IMG/VR virus record: IMGVR_UViG_3300027804_000049 | Location: 32,001-96,000 of that record | From: a virus | Strand: one strand, 5' to 3' | DNA: 64,000 nucleotides | In this document: positions 17,503 to 28,200 of the stretch, piece after piece | Layout: each line of letters opens with the position of its first letter | Position numbering within the stretch: the first letter of the stretch is position 1 | Translations under genes and position numbers: made by a program | Notes under the pieces: model-generated | Told to the model about the DNA's origin: nothing | The model's input: the letters and a program-made list of their open reading frames with translations, nothing else | Database searches by the model: none

Positions 17503-19500
17503 TTAGTATTCGATTGTAGCTGCTGATGCGCCACCGTTGGTGTCGCGTAGAGCTGCTGCTGTACCGTTGACTGCAATTGTTGATGCGACCTTGAGAGACT
17601 CAACGCCGACCTTTGCAACACCTTCGAAGGTTTCAACGAACATCTTGTAATCGTTGGTTCCAACAAGGGTGGAGTCACGGATAATTCCGAGATCCAAGGT
17701 ACCGCCATCGAGGAACAAGAACGTTCCTTCTGAGAACATGTACCAGGTCAAGGTGTCTCCGAACTCATTCATTGCACCTGAACCTTGTGCGCCTGTTGGC
17801 TCTTCAAGGTGGTAGCAGATGTTTACGCCGCGTGCTGCGAGGTATCCATCGATTTCACCGTATGCGTTAAGCATGTTATCGCCAGGAGCTGCAAGTACTA
17901 GATCTGCTGCCATTGCGTCCTTGATCCAATATGGAGCAATTACGCGAAGTGGAGCGTCTGCCTCTAGACGATGACGACCGCGGTAAGCGGAAGCGGCGCG
18001 TCCAACCTGAACTAAGAAGTCACGAGCAACACCAATGATTGATGATGATGTGACTGCAGTTGAAAGTGCAGTTAGACGAGTAAGGATTTGTCCTTCAGCC
18101 TCGCGAGCATGCTGAATAAGACCGAGCTCGTTGTGACGAGCGATCAATTCAGGATATGCACGAGTTAGAAGGTTACCAAACTGTAGCTGTAGTGTTACAG
18201 CGTCAGTCGCAACAGTGTTCTCAGTTGCAGCGGTAACAGTCAAGCTTAGCTTTGCAGCTGGGTCTGGTGTTTCTGCTGAATCGTTTGCAGCAGTCCAGAT
18301 ACCTACAGCGTTGCCGTAGCTAGATAGAACTGGTGGAACGATGTAGCGAATACCGCCACGATCAGCTTGGAAGCGAGGTAGGCAGTCACGTACTGGACGT
18401 GCTGTTGTTCCGATTCCGAAGATGTCGTACTTGACTTCGAATGGAGCCTGATGGCCACCAGCAGCAACAAGTGCCTCTGGGCCGACTACATTCTGGACTT
18501 TCTTCCAGTTAGATTCTGCATCTGTTGAAAGAGTGCGCTCTTCTGGGTATTGAGTTGTAATAGATGCAACGATGTGCTGTTCACCGTCTCCACCGTTTAC
18601 ACGGCGTAGACCATGAAGACGCTTGGACATTGCCTCTGCGACTTCAGACATGTTGTTGATTGTGCTGCCCGCTGTGTATCCAGGAATGTCAGCGCCAGCC
18701 GTAATAGCTACGGTAGCCGCTGAAGTCTGGAGTGATGGGCGGCGATCCGCTGGAGCTTCAATTACTTCAGTAACTGTAGCTTCAGTCTCGTTTGCGGCGG
18801 CGGTCACTGGTGCCTCCTGCTCCTTCTGCTCATTTTGAGCAACTTGGGTTGTTTCTGGGGTAGCTGAAACTTCGATTTCAGCTGATGCTGCAACAGGTTC
18901 TGTCGCAACTTCTGCAGCTGGTGCCTCTACGTTTTCAGTTGGTTCTGCTGAAAGTTCGGCTTCTGGAGTTACCTCGGCCACTGCTTCCGCAGGAGTTTCT
19001 TCTGCAACAGCAGCTTCTGCAGCTGGTGTTACTTCAGTAGCAGCAACTTCTTGAGTTGCTACAGGTGTTTCTGCTGGGGTTGAAAACTCAGATGCCTCTT
19101 CCACAGTAGTTGACGCTTCGGCCATTGGCTTATCCTCTTCTTTTTCTTCTTTCATAACTGGAGCAGCAGGAGCCTCTTCAGGCATTTCCTTCTCCTCTTT
19201 ATTACTGTCAGAATCGGTTTCGCCTTCAGGCATTTCTTCCTTCATTTCGTCACCCTTAACACGCATTGCGGCTTCAGCGGCGCGTGCAGCAAGCTCTTGA
19301 GCTTGTGCCTCACGACGAGAAATTTCACCACGTACTGTGTCAAGCATGTCTGCCAATGAGGTCATGGCGTCTACTGTCTGCGGAGATGGATCCTCCTTTT
19401 CAACCGTTTCAAATTCGCTGACGATAGCACTCTGTAACTCAACAAGCTTTTCAGCGTCGAGTTCAGAAAGCTGGTCTAGCATTTCTTTTATACGGTCCAC
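17503..19500 (-). CDS. Major capsid (hexamer-like) protein with an N-terminal scaffold/acidic linker
   Basis: Coiled-coil plus E/A/P-rich N-terminal half; ALVAAGG...RPVRDCLPRFQADRGGI and FLDGGTLDLGIIRDSTLVGTNDY..FVETFEG. Confidence 0.85.
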   Translation of the reverse strand: MDRIKEMLDQLSELDAEKLVELQSAIVSEFETVEKEDPSPQTVDAMTSLADMLDTVRGEISRREAQAQELAARAAEAAMRVKGDEMKEEMPEGETDSDSNKEEKEMPEEAPAAPVMKEEKEEDKPMAEASTTVEEASEFSTPAETPVATQEVAATEVTPAAEAAVAEETPAEAVAEVTPEAELSAEPTENVEAPAAEVATEPVAASAEIEVSATPETTQVAQNEQKEQEAPVTAAANETEATVTEVIEAPADRRPSLQTSAATVAITAGADIPGYTAGSTINNMSEVAEAMSKRLHGLRRVNGGDGEQHIVASITTQYPEERTLSTDAESNWKKVQNVVGPEALVAAGGHQAPFEVKYDIFGIGTTARPVRDCLPRFQADRGGIRYIVPPVLSSYGNAVGIWTAANDSAETPDPAAKLSLTVTAATENTVATDAVTLQLQFGNLLTRAYPELIARHNELGLIQHAREAEGQILTRLTALSTAVTSSSIIGVARDFLVQVGRAASAYRGRHRLEADAPLRVIAPYWIKDAMAADLVLAAPGDNMLNAYGEIDGYLAARGVNICYHLEEPTGAQGSGAMNEFGDTLTWYMFSEGTFLFLDGGTLDLGIIRDSTLVGTNDYKMFVETFEGVAKVGVESLKVASTIAVNGTAAALRDTNGGASAATIEY

Positions 19501-19620
19501 TGTCCCTCCTCCGGGCCAGTCATGATGAACAAGATTTGTTAGTTCATCTCGCTAATCAGTCCAAGGCCGAGGGACTCTACGCGGGTTGCGTGGAGGCACT
19601 CTACCTGGATTGAATAATAC
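19501..19620 (-). promoter_or_regulatory. Structured leader of the capsid gene with anti-SD elements
   Basis: GTCCCTC (from 19569-19575) can pair with the RBS GAGGGAC (19502-19508); inner GATGAAC/GTTCATC stem; repeat GTAGAGT(G/C)CCTC twice. Confidence 0.55.
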
Positions 19621-19628
19621 ATTATATT

Positions 19629-22600
19629 TTAAGTTAAGAGTCGGAGAAGCTTGCTCAATTCTGAGGAAATCTCAGCTTGAGAGAAATAATCTCCACCTGA
19701 CATAAACGACTTGAGTCCTGTAGTCGCCTCATCAGCCTCGTCCTTTCCTATCTTTTCTTCTACCCTTGGGATCATATCTTCGATAAGACCTTTTAAGGCC
19801 GGAGGAAGATCGCTGTAGCGGATCTTCTCCGTGTCGCTTCCAAACGGCAATGGGAGATTTGCAATGGTCTCTCCCAAGGCTCTTGCCGAGGTGCGAATAT
19901 TTTCTATTGAGTCTGGGTTAAGTGCACGGGTATCAATTCTGTCAACTATGGAGATAACGTCGCCTGCGGCTCTCGCTGCCTCCATGTAGTTTCCAGCGTT
20001 GTCAAGGTTTTCGGCCTTTTCAATTTTGTCGACTACCTTGTCAAGTCCAACGTCGCCAAGGTCCTGCTTTATACGAGCTAGAACTTGACGAAACTTACCT
20101 TTTGCATCACGCGGCTGAGTCTTGCCAGGCACGTACTTACCTGCCTGAACGTCTGTTACTTCTGCGAACTCAGCCGCTGATGCTTTTCCCAAATCGTTTT
20201 GCTCCTCGTTTGAATAAGCCATTCCAGCGGTCTCAAGAGACGCTATCATTGCGATGCGCTCGCGTAGATAGGCCACCTCTTCACCAAGTTCTTGGCTTGA
20301 TAACGATTTCCATTTATCTGGAATTAAGTCTGGACGGTCAAGTTGACGAGCGCGCTTCATGATGTGGCGTCTAACAGCCGCACGCTTGCCTGGCTTTGAT
20401 CTTCCGTAAGCTTGAATTGAATCCTTCAAGGAGTCGATGTTTGTAATGGGGTATGAACCGTCTTTAAGAGCGTAACCTTTCTTAGCAAGTTTCTGACGTC
20501 TCTCTCGGGAGATGTAGCCAAACTCGTCATCAAACTTTTGTACTCCAAAAACTCTAGAATACAAGGCATCTGCACGAGCGGAAAGCTCTGCGGCATGTGC
20601 CTCCTTAAGAGCTGTGAAGCGCTCACGAGCAACGTCCGCTTTTGATGAAAGTTCAGCTTGTTCTAACTGCTCCAGTTTTTGTATACGAGAGGTCAAATCT
20701 GCGATTGGATCTGCCTTCATGCGTGCAAGAACTCCTGCGCCAGCCGCAACAAGTGCCATAACCGCACCTGAGGCAACGCGAGCACGGGCAATAGGGAACC
20801 CTGGAACGTTTACCTGGCAAACCGCTACAAGCTCAAGTTTACCGTTAATTGGACGCCAATCACCAGAAGGTGCAGACGCACGAACTGCGCGAACCTGCTC
20901 CGGTGTAGTTCCTGGACGTAAAGCTCCTGATACCCAGATACCAAAGGCATCTTCTCCAGTATGAACGTCCGCAAAGGCAGACGCGGTGTCATCGTAGTGA
21001 CGCACCGCCTCATGAGCGGAAGCCTCAAGTGAGGCATGTCCGCCTGCTAGAGTTAGTTGTCCAACAGGAACGTCTGTTCCGTCGTCTGTGCGAACTACAC
21101 CTGTATGAAAATACGCGTAGTTGCTTCTTGAACGTGGTGGCTTTGTGCCAAATGACATTCCGATATGATCTACATGCCACGCTGCAATATGACCAAATAC
21201 ACGACCTTCGTCGTCAACGGTCAATGGAGTTGGCTTGTCGAGTTGCGGATTGTCAAACCACGAACGCGGTGGTACGACTGGGATTGATCCTGCCACTAAG
21301 CCACAAGCGACAAGCGCTGAAGCCTCTACAGGATCCATCTCGTCGACATATACGCCGTCCGGGATCACTGTTTCCTCCTGATTCTCGTCTTCGACGAGGT
21401 AGATTTGGCACTCTTGGAATGCCGGTTTTGGTACGAGTGTCACTGCCATAACTCGCGCATGCGTAATCACAAGTTTGTCAGCTCCAATCTTACCACTGTC
21501 TTTTTCAGCCAGTTCAGGCACTTCTTGACTTGCCTCGAACTGGTCGAGATCCGCAGAAACTCCACGGATAAAACCATTACTTATTAAACGCTCTGCTTCC
21601 TTACCATATTCTCCAGAGTCAAATACGCCGTGCGCGTTTCCAATTCCACCTTCTACACGTTCCATGTGATCAATACGTCCAATTACAACTGATCCATTGT
21701 GTCCTTCGCCAGTTTCAATTTGCCACATCAATGGCAAAGGTAATTCACGAATTTCTATTGCACCTTTCTTAAAGGTACGTCCATCGCCAGTTTCAATCTC
21801 CTCTGGAATTACAAGAGGAATCTTAAACTTTGCACCTTCTGCTGTTGTCGTCTCTTCTTCAAGATGCCCTGCTGCAGTAAGAACTCGTCTACGAGCATCT
21901 GCCGCTCGAGCAGAAAGAATAGATGATTGAAGAATCTCATCTACAGAAAGTAGTCCGCGCTTCTTTTTACCAATGTTGTTTTTGCTTCCTGGCCAGGTAC
22001 CTGTCATCTCCTTGTGACGAAGAGCGCAGTAGCCTTTCGCGCGAGGACCCATGTACTTCTTAAGGTTGCGATAACAACGCGTCCAATCACCTGGAGTATT
22101 CCAACGAATCTTTATAACTCCGCCTTTACCGATTGTCCAGTAGCGACGTAAGTTTTCTGCATTTCCTCTATTGCGATCTAAGCCACCAGCTGCGGTTAGG
22201 AACATTCCATTTTTACCATTCCAAAGGACTGTAATAAACTCAAAATCCTTTACAGATGCAGTTACTGGAGCTATTCCATCAACTTGCTCAATGACTGTTT
22301 TAAGAGATGCACCATCAAGAGGAACTACAGGAGGCGGAGTTGCAGACTTCATATCAGCAAGTATTCGCTCGTCACGCACCCATTTTTTATCCTTGCGAAT
22401 ATAAGTCATCGCATCAGTTGAGGTAGAGCTAGCTGGGACTAATGACACTAGCTCATAAACAGCGCTAGGGTCCGTATCTGAAACAACTGCAAAAAACACA
22501 GGTTGTACGTCAGATGTTTCAGGTGATATCTCCTTAGACTCACCTGGAGAAACGGCGCTTGTGATGGGTTGATAATACATTTTGTTTGGGTAGTAATATT

Positions 22601-24254
22601 CGCCGTCTGAACCTTTAACCTTCTTGTTTAAGAAACTTGCAAGAGCTGGGTGTTTATATGGATCAAGCTTAAGCTTAACTCCAGTTAATTTCTCTAGCTC
22701 TTTAAGATAAGGACTCTTTGAAACTTTTTCTATCTGATTTTTTCCAGTAATAACCTTTGGGCCAGATCCGTCCGAGCGAGACTCAAACCCTTCTGTCTTA
22801 TTTGCATCAAATGCGTCACGTTGAGATTTTACCCAGCCTGGCCAATCACCAAGTACTTTTCCCATATCTTCAGAAGTCATTGCTGGAAGAGTTCCAGGAA
22901 TCTTAGCTCCGGGACGATCGATAGGAACGCGAGGTTCACCAAGAATACCTGACGTGTTAAGGGGAGTTATATCTACAGGCGCAGTTTTTTGAGCGCTAAC
23001 TGAAGACTCTGGTTCTGTTGCAGTCGCAGGAACATCTACTACATCTCCTGAATCAAGTTGTACTCTAACACTTTGCTTTTCAGGATCAATTGCTACTATG
23101 TTACCAGATCCGCGTTCGGCGTCTCCACCAACAACTACACGTGATCCTTGCTTTGAAAATCTTCCGGTTTTATCGCGTACTTGTTTTGCAGCTTTTTCAG
23201 ACCTTTCCTCGGGAGTGTAGTCTCCGTCTCCTTCGGTTTCGCCTTCAGCGGCAGCTATAAGCGAGTCAATAAATTCTAAGTCTAACTCGTTAGCTGCAGC
23301 TGCAAATAACTCGGCTTCCTCTTCATCAATGTCAAAAACTGAAACTGGTCTAAATGGATCTTCTTGGAAGCAGGCGCTTAAAAAGAACGCAGACTCTGCA
23401 TCAATTTCAATGTGAACCTTTTCTACTGAAAGACTCTCTTCGTCGTCTAGCGCCATGTCATAGCTAGCAAGGTCTTGGTTTACATCATCTAATGTGTTCC
23501 AAGTTCCTCCGTCCCAGACTTTAACGTCGTAGTTCTCATCAATCTTGTATAGGCGATCAATTCCAGAGCCGTCCATACGCATACGAGCAATAAACTCAAC
23601 TGCTTCTAAATTATGCTCAAACGCGCCTAAGTCCGTAGGGTATCGGGTGTTAACTGCATAATCAAACTCGTCCTCTTGGTATGAGCTGTCTGCGTATCCA
23701 TCTGCGCTTAATGACTTTTTGTTTTCTCTTTCAACGATGGCACGCGCCCATCTCCACGCGGTGTCGCCACCCCAGAGAGCCCACGCAATACGCCCATTTG
23801 ACGGAAAACCGTCTTCTCCTGGCGAGTAACCTTTTGCCTTCTTATCAATCTCATGACGAGGGAAATACTTTGCAATATGACGGACCTTTTCAATTCCAAT
23901 TTGTCCTCCTCTTGAAAGAGTGCGGGCTGTGTTAAGACCTACTGGAGTTCCTCCGCGCTTGTGCTCCTTGCGCCACTCAAGAGCTTTATTTGCCTCCTCT
24001 TGAGCGCCTTTAGGAATTGTGTATAAACGACGAGCGCCACCCAATATACTTACGTCTAATGTAGTAAGTGCGGCACTAGCTAATTCAAGTTGGGAGTCAG
24101 TAATATCTAGATCTTCATCGCTCCATGTAGCAGAGGCAGTTAATGAAGATAAAGCTCCTTGATTAACAACTAAGTTTTCCTCAGAGTTAATCACAACACC
24201 TTGGGTGTCGTTTGAAAAAAGAACAAGAGGTCCGCTTTTTCCTACTACATTCAT
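19629..24254 (-). CDS. Capsid maturation protease-containing multidomain head protein (1541 aa)
   Basis: ETGDGR...LPLMWQ...GH.GSV.IG...GVSADLD...VTLVPKPAF prohead-protease pattern; GRVFGHIAAW domain; additional modules (PSNGRIAWALWGG, IRWNTPGDWTRC, ALKDGSYPI). Confidence 0.75.
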   Translation of the reverse strand: MNVVGKSGPLVLFSNDTQGVVINSEENLVVNQGALSSLTASATWSDEDLDITDSQLELASAALTTLDVSILGGARRLYTIPKGAQEEANKALEWRKEHKRGGTPVGLNTARTLSRGGQIGIEKVRHIAKYFPRHEIDKKAKGYSPGEDGFPSNGRIAWALWGGDTAWRWARAIVERENKKSLSADGYADSSYQEDEFDYAVNTRYPTDLGAFEHNLEAVEFIARMRMDGSGIDRLYKIDENYDVKVWDGGTWNTLDDVNQDLASYDMALDDEESLSVEKVHIEIDAESAFFLSACFQEDPFRPVSVFDIDEEEAELFAAAANELDLEFIDSLIAAAEGETEGDGDYTPEERSEKAAKQVRDKTGRFSKQGSRVVVGGDAERGSGNIVAIDPEKQSVRVQLDSGDVVDVPATATEPESSVSAQKTAPVDITPLNTSGILGEPRVPIDRPGAKIPGTLPAMTSEDMGKVLGDWPGWVKSQRDAFDANKTEGFESRSDGSGPKVITGKNQIEKVSKSPYLKELEKLTGVKLKLDPYKHPALASFLNKKVKGSDGEYYYPNKMYYQPITSAVSPGESKEISPETSDVQPVFFAVVSDTDPSAVYELVSLVPASSTSTDAMTYIRKDKKWVRDERILADMKSATPPPVVPLDGASLKTVIEQVDGIAPVTASVKDFEFITVLWNGKNGMFLTAAGGLDRNRGNAENLRRYWTIGKGGVIKIRWNTPGDWTRCYRNLKKYMGPRAKGYCALRHKEMTGTWPGSKNNIGKKKRGLLSVDEILQSSILSARAADARRRVLTAAGHLEEETTTAEGAKFKIPLVIPEEIETGDGRTFKKGAIEIRELPLPLMWQIETGEGHNGSVVIGRIDHMERVEGGIGNAHGVFDSGEYGKEAERLISNGFIRGVSADLDQFEASQEVPELAEKDSGKIGADKLVITHARVMAVTLVPKPAFQECQIYLVEDENQEETVIPDGVYVDEMDPVEASALVACGLVAGSIPVVPPRSWFDNPQLDKPTPLTVDDEGRVFGHIAAWHVDHIGMSFGTKPPRSRSNYAYFHTGVVRTDDGTDVPVGQLTLAGGHASLEASAHEAVRHYDDTASAFADVHTGEDAFGIWVSGALRPGTTPEQVRAVRASAPSGDWRPINGKLELVAVCQVNVPGFPIARARVASGAVMALVAAGAGVLARMKADPIADLTSRIQKLEQLEQAELSSKADVARERFTALKEAHAAELSARADALYSRVFGVQKFDDEFGYISRERRQKLAKKGYALKDGSYPITNIDSLKDSIQAYGRSKPGKRAAVRRHIMKRARQLDRPDLIPDKWKSLSSQELGEEVAYLRERIAMIASLETAGMAYSNEEQNDLGKASAAEFAEVTDVQAGKYVPGKTQPRDAKGKFRQVLARIKQDLGDVGLDKVVDKIEKAENLDNAGNYMEAARAAGDVISIVDRIDTRALNPDSIENIRTSARALGETIANLPLPFGSDTEKIRYSDLPPALKGLIEDMIPRVEEKIGKDEADEATTGLKSFMSGGDYFSQAEISSELSKLLRLLT

Positions 24255-25201
24255 GCCTGCTCTTTTCCTGTCTCATCAGTGACTGGTCCGCCCGCAATCC
24301 ATGCATCGCATGTGCGCGAGGCGGCACACTTAAAGTCAAGGGCCTCGCAATATCCTAATTCGCCTTGAACCACCACGTCATAGGAATCTTCAACGTTTCC
24401 GCCGCCTTGCTGTAGGCCTTGGGCAATACAGTCCTTCATCTTAGAGGTAATAATAAACGCAGCACAGTTACCACATCTGCTTGTTTTAGCATCTTCAATA
24501 GAAACGCTCCAACGAGTTGCCTTTTTCTGCCAAAACTCGTCGTTAGGCTCCTGTGGATTTAATGGGCCATAACCAATGTTGTCAATTGCGTTTTGGCGGT
24601 TTTTAAGATTTAGTTGAATATCCTGAGTTGCAGGAGGGCAGGCGTCTCCCTCTGCTGCCGCAACAACTGGCTCTTCAGACTTTTCTCCATCGAGGTACTT
24701 AACAAGATAATCATAAGGTCCGTTTGGATCAACTGACCCTAGCGTTGCAAACATGAGCTCAGTCATGCCATCAGCTGTAATTTTTTGGTCAGGGTCCTCG
24801 CTTGAAAGTTGATCATACAAATCTGGATAATCTGCAAACACCTGATCAATTTCATCGTAGGTTTTAACGTCCATTTGTTGGCGACTATCACTATAACTTG
24901 CCTCTCGTACTCTTTTAAGTTGTACCTTTTCAGAGTCTGTGGCAAGTTTTAAGCTCGACTCTTCAAAGGGTTTTGAGAATCTAAAATTTCTTAAGTTGAA
25001 TGTGGCAATGTCAAGAAGATACTCAATGTCTAGATCTTGTCCTTCCTTGACCTTACTCATAACAAGGTTTACTCTTTTTACTGGGTCAAAGATTTGACGT
25101 TCCTTATCTTCAAAGACATAGACAAATTTTTTGCTATCTGCAGCTATAGAAAACACATGAGTGCCATCACTCAAATCGTAAGCTCTAATTACCTTTACCA
25201 T
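24251..25201 (-). CDS. Head-module protein with a C-terminal Cys-rich domain
   Basis: CPPAT...YGPLNP...CGNCAAF...GYCEALDFKCAASRTCDAW. Confidence 0.6.
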   Translation of the reverse strand: MVKVIRAYDLSDGTHVFSIAADSKKFVYVFEDKERQIFDPVKRVNLVMSKVKEGQDLDIEYLLDIATFNLRNFRFSKPFEESSLKLATDSEKVQLKRVREASYSDSRQQMDVKTYDEIDQVFADYPDLYDQLSSEDPDQKITADGMTELMFATLGSVDPNGPYDYLVKYLDGEKSEEPVVAAAEGDACPPATQDIQLNLKNRQNAIDNIGYGPLNPQEPNDEFWQKKATRWSVSIEDAKTSRCGNCAAFIITSKMKDCIAQGLQQGGGNVEDSYDVVVQGELGYCEALDFKCAASRTCDAWIAGGPVTDETGKEQA

Positions 25202-25212
25202 AGTGTCTCTCC

Positions 25213-28200
25213 TTAGTCCCAGTACTCTAGATCCATTACGTTTTCAAGTGCCTTGTATTCGTTGGTGCCTTTAGTTGTAAGAGATTTTAAGCGCGCAGTC
25301 ATAGCGTCCTTAAAGGCATCATAAGTTCCCCACTTTTCAATGATCTTATCCATTTCAAAACCTTTAGGTTGATATAAGGGGTTATTAAGATTTCTTACAA
25401 TCTTGTCTGTTTCATTCTTATAAATCTTTATCATACCTTCTTGCCCAATGCGACGTAGCATCACTGGAATGTGCTCAAGGTACACATCTGCTTCTTGTAT
25501 TGTTCCACCTTGGAAATATTCCTCTATAGAAGTAGTGTCTTTCTTAAGCTCACCAACTGTGTTATCAACTGGGAATATGCGAAGCTTATTGGTTACTTGA
25601 TCAAATGCTACCATCCAGTTTCCATCATGTCTATCTTGGTTGTTTCCAAGCATATCAAGTATTGACATTCTAATTAAGTCTTCCGGTGCATCAAGAGAAG
25701 TTACAAACGTAACTGGATTAGAAACGTTTACATCTTCACCTCTTGCGTTTTTTACTCCCTTACGAAACGCTGTTGATGCGTTGACTGCTTCATTTACTAA
25801 TGGAATCACAGATCCTGCACGGCTCATCACAACCATGTTGCGGTCATTTCTTCCTACTCGCACATCGTGGATACCTTGCATCCCTGCTGCCTTTAGTAGT
25901 ATTGATGCCTCAAGCTCAGTTACTCCTGCATCTGTGTCTGAAAAATTAGAAACAAAGTTATCATTTTTCACGTAAAAGACTTGCCCGCTTGCGATATGTG
26001 TTACTTCAAATGTAGCATTTACTCCAGACTCGACACCACTGAGCTGGCGAGCGCTAAATCCAGAGTCTTTTAGCTTTGTGCCACTGCCGCCTACGTCATC
26101 AAAAAAGTCTTGTACTCTCAGTTGAGAAAGCACCTCTGCAGAGTTAAACGGATCTGAGTATCCATGGTCAGCTATGTATTCGTTCGTAAGACCTTCACGT
26201 AAGCGAAAAACATCATCTAATGGCATACTTCTGTCTTTGTCTAAAATCTGTTGACTTATATAGTCATTAAGAGCATTTTTTGCACTTGGAGACAAAGTAG
26301 CAAGTGATCTATTGTTTCTTATAACGTCGCGTATTTGGCTGTAGTAAGGGGAAACTTGTGGGCTATTTCTAAAGGCGTCTGACTCAATTACAGCAATGCC
26401 ATCTGAGGAAACATTGGGTATGTTTTGCTTAGACTTAACACGTTTTTCAGCATTTCCTATTTGACTATTGTTTGCTGCTTGAACTTGTTCTTTAGCAGTA
26501 GGCTCTAGGTTTTTAGTTCCGTTCCAGCTTTCACTTATCAGTACTCTTTTACCTAGCCAGTCATTAGCGCCTGGACGCCAACCTACGCGTGCAAATTCCA
26601 TAGGAGTTGGCACCCTAGACATATCATATTCACCATTTGGCAATTTAGCTGCTTTAAGTTTTTCAACTAAAATTTCAACGTCACTTTCTTCTTCTTTATT
26701 TCTTACTTGTCTTCTAAAGTCTGACATGTTTATAATTTCTGCACTATTTTTCCAGTTAAATCCACTTAGTGCCCAGACAAATCCGCCTTGGTATTCTCTT
26801 CCACCTGCAGCGTAGACTTCTACTTTTTTAATCCCGTTTGCAATGTACCAATTTTCTGTGTAACGATTAAACGCAGTTGCAAATCCTGTCTTTTTACGAC
26901 CAACTCTGAGATACTGATTTTTAGCGTATGAGTCTGCTATTACAACGTTTCCATTTTCATCTACCTTTTTCTTTACTACCAGGTAGCGCTGTATCTCACC
27001 TACGGCTGTACCAGACACATCTCTTACTACCATACTTGTATTTATTGTGTAATCAAATCTTCCATTTGCTATCTCTTCTTCAGTAGCTCCTGAAAGTGGC
27101 GTAACATTAGTACTTAAATTGTTAATTGATAATGAAAATAATTCTCCGCCAAATGTGACACCTTCGCGAACTCCGTATATGTCGCCAACTATCTCTGTTA
27201 GACGATCTTTTGCCTCACGAGATGCAGCAGCGTCACCTTCATTAAGTATACGTGAAAAAGTGGAGACTTGTTCTTCCAAACTTTTTAGTGATATGCGCTC
27301 ATTAGCAGCTTTTGCAATTTCTGCATCCCGTGAGCCCCAGGCTGAAAAATCAGATTGAACTGCATCTTTATTTGTGCGGTCTTTGATGTAGTCAGGAATG
27401 GTGCTATCATCATTAACTCCAGCAGTCTCGCCTGAGCGAGCTATGCGCGGAGGCGCTGCTACAGGCGCATCAAGGCGTTCTTGAACATCTCTTGCAGACG
27501 GCTGTGATTCTGCTTCTACTACTGTAGGAGCTTTTCCACTTGCATCTGAAATTGCAAGCACCTTTGACGCAGAACGCACCGCGGTGCTTCCATCATCAAA
27601 TCTAATACGTAAGTACTCTGGATCGTTTTGTACTGCTACAACAGTTCCAACTTGTCCGTCCTTTAATGCTTTAACGCGCGCGCCTTTACCAACCACAGCA
27701 CCATCGCGATCTCTAGTGGTGTTGTTTGGAGAGTACCCTGGTTCTTTAGGTCCTGGGTACACGTACTGTGGAGCTGCAGGAGCTGCAGGAGCTGCAGGAG
27801 CTTCAGGTTCAGGAGTTGCAGGAGTTTCTTCTTCTTTTTCTTCCGCATCAACGTTTGTTTGATAGATGCTTTCACGCTCTTGAGGAGTAAGATCTCTCCA
27901 GCCAGCTTGGCCAGCTCCTCTTGGATCTGAGAACCAGTCTTGTGAAACTGTAAGCTTTGTAATCGAACCATCGCGTGCAATATAAAGGTCTTCCCATGGA
28001 TCAACGTATGCAAGTGATCCGTCAGAAGGTAGATACGAAATTACGTTAATTCCGCTTGGAAATAAGTCGTTTCCAATGTCATAAAAATCTTTTATTGCAT
28101 CAATGTTATCATTAAACATATTTGCTACTTGAGGTGACTCAGGTACTTGAGCTGGCTCGGGTGCTTCTTCAAAGTCATTTGATTCTCTGCTAATTCGCTC

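Noticed and set aside
15339-17708. Overlapping minus-strand ORFs 15339..15824 and 17406..17708
   Set aside because: Out-of-frame overlaps with the tail and capsid genes with Q/L-biased shadow composition.
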